Below are positions 9,007-16,981 of a DNA stretch of 64,000 nucleotides, one piece after another. A program made the position numbers and the translations under genes. How positions within the stretch are numbered: position 1 is the first letter of the stretch; each line of letters begins with the position of its first letter. Source of the DNA: an uncultured Eubacteriales bacterium (GTDB lineage: Bacteria; Bacillota; Clostridia; Oscillospirales; CAG-272); NCBI GenBank assembly GCA_934402395.1, contig CAKRTQ010000002.1:79372-143371 (forward strand). Reading direction: 5' to 3'. The notes under the pieces were generated by a model. That model was given only the letters and a program-made list of their open reading frames with translations. It was not told where the DNA came from and made no database searches.

Positions 9007-10677
9007 TCATCTTCCGAGCGGAGGACAGACCGCCGGTTGGATCCTTGTATCATACGCGTGATAAAGCGCCCAGAGTTCCCGGAAACACTTTTGTGCTGTA
9101 ACGGAATTCATCGGAATGAAATCGTGAGTATAAAGCTCGTAGTCGATCACGGCGCGCAGATATATTATCCTCCAGCGCGGATCCTGCTTTGCCGCATCGG
9201 TCATTACCGCGTCAGCCTCGGTGACCAGCCTGTACGCCTCGCGTACCGCCGCCGGGAAATGTGGTGTTACCCTCAGTCTGCCGTCCGGCATTGTCTCTAC
9301 CTTGCGCCCAAGAGTGATCTCAAGCAGTTCAACAGCGCGCAAAAGCGGCTCGGTATCGCTTATTCCGAAATAAAAACGCACATAATCTCTTACCACATCT
9401 GCGGTATCCGCATGTGTACCGCTGTAATGCGACATGCAGCAGAATTCGTTTATGTTTTCCCAGAAGCCCTCGGAATACGGGAAACCACCGTCAAGAACAT
9501 CGCCGACCGATGAAAAAAAGTTATCGAGCCTCATTGTAAGCGGGTTCGCACCATATCCGCCCCACGGCTTGCCGCCCGACATACTGATCTCGGGGAAATC
9601 TATCACCGGACGTCCGCCGGGAGCTCCGTGTTCTGCAGTAAGCGGCATGAACTGACCGTCACCGTACACCGCCATGACGTATTCCGCCCACGGATATTTT
9701 CCCGATGATATCTTTTCGTAAAGGCGCTTTCCCTCATCGCGGAGATGCCTGTCGAAATGCCATGTCGAAAGTATCAGCTTTGCATCGGGGAAATATTCGG
9801 AAAGCAGCGGCTTTACCGATTCCTCGTACACCTTGATAAAACCGTTCTCACTCCAACGTGAGCATACATCGCAGGTGCAGCCGCCCTCGTCATACGCCCA
9901 ATATGCAAAATACTTTACCGGAACATCCGAAAAAAGTTCAAAAAATTCGCGGTGACAACGGCGTATCTCCTCCATGCCGCCCGGAAGGTTCGGACATATC
10001 TCTTTGTGAAGCTCGGCATAATTTGCGGTTATATACTCGCCTCGCATATCCCACGGTGCCGCTATATCCTCGGAACGGTCAAGAAACCCGGTATTTGAAA
10101 ATAGTATCAGTGCGGGAGCTATCCCAAACTCTGCGGCACAGGCGAATATCTTCTTGAGCCTGTCTGCCATTTCAATCGCCTCGGGAGATTTGAACGATCT
10201 GTAATGCTGAGGAGCAAGGCAGAGCATGAGGGTATTGCACCCCCAAAGCGCCAGATCCTCAATAAACGGCGTTACATCCTCCATCGGCGCGACATGCCAA
10301 AAGTTGTAGAAATGAGACGCAAGGTACATACCGCGCACCGAGCTTTTCTGCTCATGCTCTATCGGCAGCGCCGGAGGCACAAAGCCACCGCGAAAGTCAA
10401 AGCTTCCGCTCATAAAGAAACGTCCGAGCGCCGCATATACGGTGCAGAGGTCGCTTGCGGTGACGAGAACGCCGCCTTTTCCGTCTTCAATGATCGAATA
10501 GCGATCCTTTTTGTTTTCGGCTTCACTGACTTCATGCGGAACGATGTCAAGTGTAACGGAATACCCGCCGTCACAGAGAGCACACCCACGATGTTCAAGT
10601 ATACGTCCGACAGTCTTTTTTATGCGCGCAATATCCTTTTCCGGGATATTAGCGCTCTTCAGAGTAAGAGTAAACAT
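9007..10677 (-). CDS. Putative glycoside hydrolase-like enzyme, family unassigned, paralogue B (CxCxxC motif)
   Basis: The start is trimmed to MFTLTLK at 10677, which has the SD gaggtaaaaATG. It shares the conserved blocks of 7353..8990: YWAYDEGGCTCDVCSRWS, ILSTWHFDR, IDFPEISMSGGKPWGGYGANPL, GGFPYSEG. No signal peptide. Confidence 0.45.
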   Translation of the reverse strand: MFTLTLKSANIPEKDIARIKKTVGRILEHRGCALCDGGYSVTLDIVPHEVSEAENKKDRYSIIEDGKGGVLVTASDLCTVYAALGRFFMSGSFDFRGGFVPPALPIEHEQKSSVRGMYLASHFYNFWHVAPMEDVTPFIEDLALWGCNTLMLCLAPQHYRSFKSPEAIEMADRLKKIFACAAEFGIAPALILFSNTGFLDRSEDIAAPWDMRGEYITANYAELHKEICPNLPGGMEEIRRCHREFFELFSDVPVKYFAYWAYDEGGCTCDVCSRWSENGFIKVYEESVKPLLSEYFPDAKLILSTWHFDRHLRDEGKRLYEKISSGKYPWAEYVMAVYGDGQFMPLTAEHGAPGGRPVIDFPEISMSGGKPWGGYGANPLTMRLDNFFSSVGDVLDGGFPYSEGFWENINEFCCMSHYSGTHADTADVVRDYVRFYFGISDTEPLLRAVELLEITLGRKVETMPDGRLRVTPHFPAAVREAYRLVTEADAVMTDAAKQDPRWRIIYLRAVIDYELYTHDFIPMNSVTAQKCFRELWALYHAYDTRIQPAVCPPLGR

Positions 10678-10684
10678 TTTTACC

Positions 10685-11929
10685 TCACAGCCCCCTATCT
10701 GCTTCGTTATCAAGCACACGCGACGTGCCTGGGATATACGGAATATCTAATTCGGTTATCCGGTTTGCGGCATTGAGTATCTCCTTTACGTGCAACTCGT
10801 TTGCAAGATGCGCGTTCGCTTTGTCTCCAAGATAAACGGTAAGCGCCTCATCGGATGTAGTGTATGTGGCAACCTCGGGATCGATGGCGGTATACACCTC
10901 CACGGTCCCGCCCTTTCCGCCGTGATGCGCCGTCTGGCAGAAGTCCGACTTCAGATACGAGCCGTACATCGCAGTAAGGATATCATTTTCGGCAATGCAA
11001 GCATCGGCGAGGAACATCATGCTGTATCCTACCATGCGGATGCGGAAGACCACAGACGTATTGTTCCAGTCGCGTGTATCTTTCCATGAGCGAAAGGACG
11101 TGCGGAAATCCTCATGAGTTGCAAGGAATTCTATCTCCGCGCCGCCTATATGCCGCACCTCTCCCGTGTGTATTTTTGTGACCTTTCCCTCACGGTTGAA
11201 GGCGCGAAAATTCGCTATTGAGCGCTGACGCAGAAAATATTCGTTTTTTTCGAACCAGTCGATGCAGTCACGCTCGCCGGGATAGTTGCATATCAGCTCG
11301 TCTATTCGCACCTCGGGGCAGTCGTAATATTTCTCGGTGAACTTTATCAGCCCTCCGGTATGATCATTGTGCGTATGGCTGATGATCCACGCCGCTATAA
11401 CTATATTCTCCGGGTCCGGCGCCTGCTTTTTCAGCACATTCATTATACCGTCCGCAAATGCGTCGTTTGCCACTCCGCCGTCGATAACGATGAACCTACC
11501 GTCCTCAAGCCGCAGAATGTAGCACATAAGCCCGCAGTTTACGGGAACACCGCGGAAATAGTTGTTCTGCATGAACGTTCTGCCGATCTGAGTGAGCAGC
11601 GGCGCGCATATTTTTTCACCGCAGACGTCGGACGCGGAATCGCTCATATTCTCCGCCGGCTCGACGATAACGCGGAAGGTCGAATTGAACGGCGTGTAAT
11701 ATGAAGTGACTCCGTAAGCGCCGCTCCGGTATACCGCAAACAGATTCCCCGCCGCCGCGCGTCCGCCGACCTGCGCAAAGCCCTCGCCGGTAAGTCGCCG
11801 GCACCAGCCGCGCCATTCGTCAGCCGATGAATTTTCTTTTATTATCTGATAAGCCCCGTCGCCGTCGGCGTGTGCAAACGCGCCGGACGGCAATTCGGGT
11901 ATTACCGACAGTATTTTATCTTGTACCAT
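10685..11929 (-). CDS. MBL-fold metallo-hydrolase, cytoplasmic paralogue
   Basis: 414 aa. The HxHxDH motif is IISHTHNDHTGG, and there is a late AHHGG. The SD gaggtcataaacATG precedes the start. No signal peptide. Confidence 0.75.
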   Translation of the reverse strand: MVQDKILSVIPELPSGAFAHADGDGAYQIIKENSSADEWRGWCRRLTGEGFAQVGGRAAAGNLFAVYRSGAYGVTSYYTPFNSTFRVIVEPAENMSDSASDVCGEKICAPLLTQIGRTFMQNNYFRGVPVNCGLMCYILRLEDGRFIVIDGGVANDAFADGIMNVLKKQAPDPENIVIAAWIISHTHNDHTGGLIKFTEKYYDCPEVRIDELICNYPGERDCIDWFEKNEYFLRQRSIANFRAFNREGKVTKIHTGEVRHIGGAEIEFLATHEDFRTSFRSWKDTRDWNNTSVVFRIRMVGYSMMFLADACIAENDILTAMYGSYLKSDFCQTAHHGGKGGTVEVYTAIDPEVATYTTSDEALTVYLGDKANAHLANELHVKEILNAANRITELDIPYIPGTSRVLDNEADRGL

Positions 11930-11974
11930 GTTTATGACCTCAGCTTTTGCCCCGCAAAAGCATCCTTCCTCGTA

Positions 11975-13732
11975 TCAGGGAAAGACGTTTCCCTTGTCGG
12001 TGACGATACAGCTTCCGGGTGTATAAGGAAGCGGGAATTCCGTTATCCGGTTCGCGCTGTTTACAGCCTCCTTCAGGTGGAGATCCGCAATAAGATGCGC
12101 GTTGTGAGCATCCTTTTTATAAAGTTCAAACGCCTCATCGGATGTGGTGAACAGCGCTACCTCCGGATCTATCATGTCGTAGACCTCTGACGTACCGCCC
12201 TCCCCTCCGTGATGCGCCACCTGGCAGATATCGGACTTGAGCAGGTTGCCCCACATCCTCACGGCAATGCCGTTTGAATCCACCTGTGAATCGCCGAGGA
12301 ACATTATCTTTTCTCCGGCAACCGTCACTCGGAATATCATTGATGTGTTGTTCCAGTATTTTGTGTCGGAAAGCGTCCGTTTGTCTGTATAATAGTCCTC
12401 CTGGGTATAGAAAAACTCAAGCGCGGCGCCGCCGATATTGCGCGTCTCGCCGGTGTGGATTTTTGTAAACTTCGCATTCGGATAGTACAGCTTCAGATTG
12501 TTGACTGTGCTTTTGCGATTGTTCAGCTCGCCGTCAGCCTCGCACACATCGTTTGACGGGAAATTGCAGATAAGCTCGTCAAGCGTGACCTGTCTTCCCC
12601 ATATCTCGCTGAATTTGTTGAAACCGCCCGTGTGGTCATTATGCGTGTGCGTTATCACCCACGCGGCGATCCTTATGTTCTGCGGGTCGGGTGCCTGCGT
12701 GCGCAGCGTTTTCATTATACCGTCGGCAAAGCCGGAAGTGGCAACGCCGCCGTCTATGACAATGAAACTGCCGTCCTCAAGGCGTATAACAAAGCACATG
12801 AGTCCGCTGTTTACCGGAACGCCGCGGAAGGTGTTGCTGACCGAAAAGGTGCGGCTAATCATTGTCAGACGAGCGTCGCACATCTTATTTACGGATGTGC
12901 CGTCCGACTCGCGGTCGCTCATATTGGAATCCGGCTCCGCGATAATGCGGATCGTATTGTTGAACGCGGTGAAATACGCGGTAAGTCCCACGCCGTCCTT
13001 GCGGTACTGGGCGAAGTGATTACCGTTTTCTTCCCTTGTGAAGGTACGCTCAAAGCCAAGACCGTCCAGCTTACCGAGATATGCACTGTATGAATCGACA
13101 GAACTTTTTACGATCACAGCCTGATACGCCTTATCCCCCGCCGCATAGAACGCCGGGACCGCGCCGTCATATACCGGCATCGCATCAAGCATTTCGCTGA
13201 CGCTCCCGCTTATGTCAAGCGTCTCCGGAAGCTCGCCGCCCGCGGAGATAAGTTCCTTCATGCGCTGTACGGCGGTCGCAGTCGCCGTATCGCTCCACCC
13301 GAACACGACTATCTTGTGTCCTACGGTCTTTATCGCGTAGCCGCCGTACGGCGTTGCCCCGGCGACCTCCTCGGATTCGGGGTATGCAGTCTTTCCCACG
13401 AGGATATCAAATGAATCCGAGGAATATCCCTCGCCGGGCATGAGAAAGTCGGTCGTAAATGTGACCTCCCCGCCCGATGCAGCCTTGAGCGCCGCGGTTA
13501 TCTCTTTGGCGGCTTCGGACACGTTATCGGCGCACACATCCGGTCTTATGACCCGGTAATTGACGCCATCCTGCCCCCACAGCGCCGGGAATGCGACTGT
13601 GGTAGTCTCCGCCGCCGTGGTGGAGGTACCGCTGTCTTCCCCGCCGCTGCCGTTCGTGCACGCCGCAAGCAGAAGAACGACTGCCAGCAGCGCCGCACAC
13701 AGAAGATGCTTCAAATTCTTTGTTTGTATCAT
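11975..13732 (-). CDS. MBL-fold metallo-hydrolase lipoprotein, extracellular paralogue
   Basis: 585 aa. Signal peptide with lipobox LLLAAC. The HxHxDH motif is VITHTHNDHTGG, followed by VAHHGGEGG. The C-terminal roughly 400 aa are collinear with 10685..11929. Confidence 0.75.
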   Translation of the reverse strand: MIQTKNLKHLLCAALLAVVLLLAACTNGSGGEDSGTSTTAAETTTVAFPALWGQDGVNYRVIRPDVCADNVSEAAKEITAALKAASGGEVTFTTDFLMPGEGYSSDSFDILVGKTAYPESEEVAGATPYGGYAIKTVGHKIVVFGWSDTATATAVQRMKELISAGGELPETLDISGSVSEMLDAMPVYDGAVPAFYAAGDKAYQAVIVKSSVDSYSAYLGKLDGLGFERTFTREENGNHFAQYRKDGVGLTAYFTAFNNTIRIIAEPDSNMSDRESDGTSVNKMCDARLTMISRTFSVSNTFRGVPVNSGLMCFVIRLEDGSFIVIDGGVATSGFADGIMKTLRTQAPDPQNIRIAAWVITHTHNDHTGGFNKFSEIWGRQVTLDELICNFPSNDVCEADGELNNRKSTVNNLKLYYPNAKFTKIHTGETRNIGGAALEFFYTQEDYYTDKRTLSDTKYWNNTSMIFRVTVAGEKIMFLGDSQVDSNGIAVRMWGNLLKSDICQVAHHGGEGGTSEVYDMIDPEVALFTTSDEAFELYKKDAHNAHLIADLHLKEAVNSANRITEFPLPYTPGSCIVTDKGNVFP

Positions 13733-13742
13733 TGCAATATGA

Positions 13743-15227
13743 TCAGCTCTTCATGCCGGATATCGCGGCATCTATATCGGCAATAAATCTCTTTTTGTAA
13801 ACGTCAAAGGATGTCTTTATGCTTGTGCTCTGGCTCGTATGGAGGTTATGGAGCAGATTGATACAGTTACCGAAGTTATTTGCAAGGGCTATGTCAAGCT
13901 GACCTTTCTCAAAGACCATATCTATCATCTTTATATCGGTCGGGTTATTGGAGCACTTATAATGAAGGATATTACCTACAAGGTTTGTAACGAGCTTGCC
14001 CTCGGTGGCTGCGTAGATAGTCTCAAGGATAAGTCCGATATTCTCGGGATCGGGCGCGGTGGACGGTATGGTCATTCCCTCAACATAGCTGTAAACGGGA
14101 GCAACATAATCCTCCTGGTCGGCATTGTACTTGGGAACTATCACAAGACCGTACTCAAAGTCAAGATCGCGAACTGACTGAACAGAGTATGATGCGGTCG
14201 CCTGAAAAAGCGCGCGTCCTTCGTTGAATACAGCAGCATAGTTGTCGGCGGCAGCTCCGGATGAGAAACCTGCGTATCTGCTTGCTGGACTGCCTGCTAT
14301 CGCCGCGCACGGCTCCGAAACGAACTTGTTCATAAAATCGGTAAAGACATCAATGTACCGTTCGCTGAGACCGTCGTAGACCGGATATCCGTCGGCATCG
14401 TTGTGAGTCAGCGTCTCGCCTGAACTTATCATGAGATTACGTATATGGTTAACGTGTCCCGTAAAGCCGAGCACATCCTCGGAAACATCATAAAATCCGT
14501 CGTTGTTGTAGTCTCTTGCCGCCGCCTTCATCATGGTATACATTTTTTCGTAGGTCCATGTTCCGGCGTCAACACAGTCATAAGGGCTTTCAAGCCCGTT
14601 ATCGGTCACAAGTCCTTTATTGAACGCAAGAATATAAAAGCCGCAGTAATAATTAAGGTGTCCCTGACCGAAAACAACATAGCGCTTGCTTCCTATGTTT
14701 ACACTGTCGTTTATGCTGGATGCCCACCATGGATTATCAAGATTAATAGTATCTATCGAAGCTATATCGAGCACCTCGCCGCGCAGATACGACTGGAGCG
14801 CAGTGCCTGTCGGTAGCTGGCAGATATCATACAAATGCGTTTGTGTGCTGACAGCTGTCGATATCTCCTTTGATATGTTCTGCGAATTGATCTCTGTCAT
14901 TACTATATTGAGTCTCTCGCTTACAAGCCGCTGACGGTTGTAAACGATCTCATCAAGCAGATTGCCGCTCGTCTCTTCCAGTGCCATCGTGTCATAAGAC
15001 CATGTGGTAGGTCTGGTGAGTATGCGGAATTCATATTTGTCAAAGTCCGCAACCGGCAGGGCTTCATAAGCTGCGGTAGTCTCCGCCACCTTCGTAGTCA
15101 TATCACCTGAGACGGTTGTTGCAGGGGTATTTCCGCCGTTATCCTTTACACACGCAGCCATCAGTACAAGACCGACTGCAACAAGCACAAGACAAAGCGC
15201 ACGGCTGATAATGGATGTTCTCTTCAT
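13743..15227 (-). CDS. ABC-type extracellular solute-binding lipoprotein (orphan, no adjacent permease)
   Basis: 494 aa. Signal peptide with lipobox VLMAAC. Clearly homologous to the SBP-like lipoprotein at 33246..34748 (for example the NPWWAS/KPWWSE and GTWTYEKM/GEWTYDKF blocks). Confidence 0.6.
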   Translation of the reverse strand: MKRTSIISRALCLVLVAVGLVLMAACVKDNGGNTPATTVSGDMTTKVAETTAAYEALPVADFDKYEFRILTRPTTWSYDTMALEETSGNLLDEIVYNRQRLVSERLNIVMTEINSQNISKEISTAVSTQTHLYDICQLPTGTALQSYLRGEVLDIASIDTINLDNPWWASSINDSVNIGSKRYVVFGQGHLNYYCGFYILAFNKGLVTDNGLESPYDCVDAGTWTYEKMYTMMKAAARDYNNDGFYDVSEDVLGFTGHVNHIRNLMISSGETLTHNDADGYPVYDGLSERYIDVFTDFMNKFVSEPCAAIAGSPASRYAGFSSGAAADNYAAVFNEGRALFQATASYSVQSVRDLDFEYGLVIVPKYNADQEDYVAPVYSYVEGMTIPSTAPDPENIGLILETIYAATEGKLVTNLVGNILHYKCSNNPTDIKMIDMVFEKGQLDIALANNFGNCINLLHNLHTSQSTSIKTSFDVYKKRFIADIDAAISGMKS

Positions 15228-15516
15228 TTCCGTTTAGTTTTCCTCCTTAGGATCGCGGTCCGGCACACTCGCTTAAGTCAATAAGTTTCGAAAATATTTC
15301 ATCTCGCGAAGCACCATGTACCATTTCACACATAATAATATCACACTGCACACCACTTGTCAAGCATATTTATCAATTTTCACGGATATTTTTTCGAATC
15401 ACGCTTAGTTTCCTCAAAATAATTTTCGAAAAACATCTCAAAGCTATTGACATTCGCGCATGATTGTGATAAAGTAATAAAAAGCAATTCCATACCGAAA
15501 GGTCAAACATTTCAGA

Positions 15517-16932
15517 ATGAGATCAGATAATAAAAAACGGCTCCTGGCCGGAGCCACAAAGGCGGATATCACCCCGCGTCTGCCCGTAAGACTGGTCGGG
15601 CAGTACTATACGCGGCTCGCTGTGTCGGTTTACAGCCGGCTTGAAGCAAATATACTTACGCTTGAGGATGAAGATGGCAATGCGGCTGTTTTTGTTTCCT
15701 GCGACCTGTTGGCAGTAAGTCGACGGTTTGCCGCCGAGGTTCGTCGGAAGCTCGCAAAAATCGCGGACACTCCTGCGCCCGAATGCGTTATGCTCTCCGC
15801 CATACATACACACACCGCACCATATCTTTCAGACGATGCTATGTCCGAATTTTGGGGAAATGATTTTTATATTTCGCCCGATCCTGATCGTGAGACGCTT
15901 CCCGCAGACTACACCGATGAAATTTCGGGAAAGATCGCACTAGCCATTGCCGAGGCATGGCAGACGCGCCGCCCCGTATCGCTTGCTACCGGATTCGACC
16001 ACATTTCGATAGCATACAACCGCCGCACGAGATATTCCGACGGTCACACCGAAATGTACGGCTCGACCGCGCGTCCTGATTTTATGGAGGTGGAAGGCAC
16101 TGTGGACAACGGTATACACTTCATTATTTTAAAAGACGATGAAAAAAAGACCGTTGCCGTTGTGATTGAAGCCGCTTGCCCCTCTCAGATCATGGAACAC
16201 CACGATTTCATCTGCTCAGACTACTGGGACGTTGTAAGGCATAAGGTTGCAGACAGAATGGGCGAGTTCCCTCTCGTTTCACTTTGCGGAGCGGCAGGCG
16301 ACCTCTCGCCCCGAGATCTGGTACGCACCGCTATGGACGAACCGCTCATGCACGCCACCGAAATGTACAATGCACCGGGCATGGAGCGCGTTGCGTCGCG
16401 CATATGCGAGGCATTCTTCCGTTTTGCAGATTCAGCTGTATACACTTCAGACGTCAGTCTCCGCCATGATGTGCATTTCAGCCGCCTTCCCCTTCGACGC
16501 GTAACCGAAGAGGAAGCGCATCGCGCATCCGGTGAATACGATAAACTGCGCGCAAAATACCCGATGATAGGGGAATTTACCGAGGAGGAATGCACCGAGC
16601 TTTCACGCCTTGCGGCAACACGCAACAGACTTTCGTATCAGAACGCCACCCTCACCCATCCGGTCGAGATTCACGCACTGAAGCTTGGCGGAGTATCGAT
16701 AGTCACCAATCCATTCGAGCTTTTTGTCGCCTACGCAGACCGCATACGCGCAGGCAGCGGCAACCCCAACACGATGGTCGTACAGCTTACGAACGGATAT
16801 GAAGGCTACCTTCCCACTGCCAAGGCGATCTCCTGCGGCGGTTACAGCGCAGGCGTGAACAACGGCTATCTCGGTGCCGAGGGCGGTGACGCGCTCGTCC
16901 GCGAATCACTTGAAATGCTTAAAAACATATAA
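15517..16932 (+). CDS. Neutral/alkaline ceramidase N-terminal-domain-like hydrolase
   Basis: 471 aa. AGATKADITPRLPV...VGQY ... AAVFVSCDLLAVS ... LSAIHTHTAPY matches the pattern I know from the neutral ceramidase N-terminal domain. No signal peptide. Confidence 0.55.
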   Translation: MRSDNKKRLLAGATKADITPRLPVRLVGQYYTRLAVSVYSRLEANILTLEDEDGNAAVFVSCDLLAVSRRFAAEVRRKLAKIADTPAPECVMLSAIHTHTAPYLSDDAMSEFWGNDFYISPDPDRETLPADYTDEISGKIALAIAEAWQTRRPVSLATGFDHISIAYNRRTRYSDGHTEMYGSTARPDFMEVEGTVDNGIHFIILKDDEKKTVAVVIEAACPSQIMEHHDFICSDYWDVVRHKVADRMGEFPLVSLCGAAGDLSPRDLVRTAMDEPLMHATEMYNAPGMERVASRICEAFFRFADSAVYTSDVSLRHDVHFSRLPLRRVTEEEAHRASGEYDKLRAKYPMIGEFTEEECTELSRLAATRNRLSYQNATLTHPVEIHALKLGGVSIVTNPFELFVAYADRIRAGSGNPNTMVVQLTNGYEGYLPTAKAISCGGYSAGVNNGYLGAEGGDALVRESLEMLKNI

Positions 16933-16940
16933 AAGCCGCA

Positions 16941-16977
16941 GCGGCTGAGCCCCAAGACTCAGCCGCCGCATTTTTTT
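16941..16977. terminator. Bidirectional intrinsic terminator between convergent genes
   Basis: gcggctgag / ctcagccgc 9-bp stem followed by cgcattttttt. Confidence 0.7.
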
Positions 16978-16981
16978 GATC

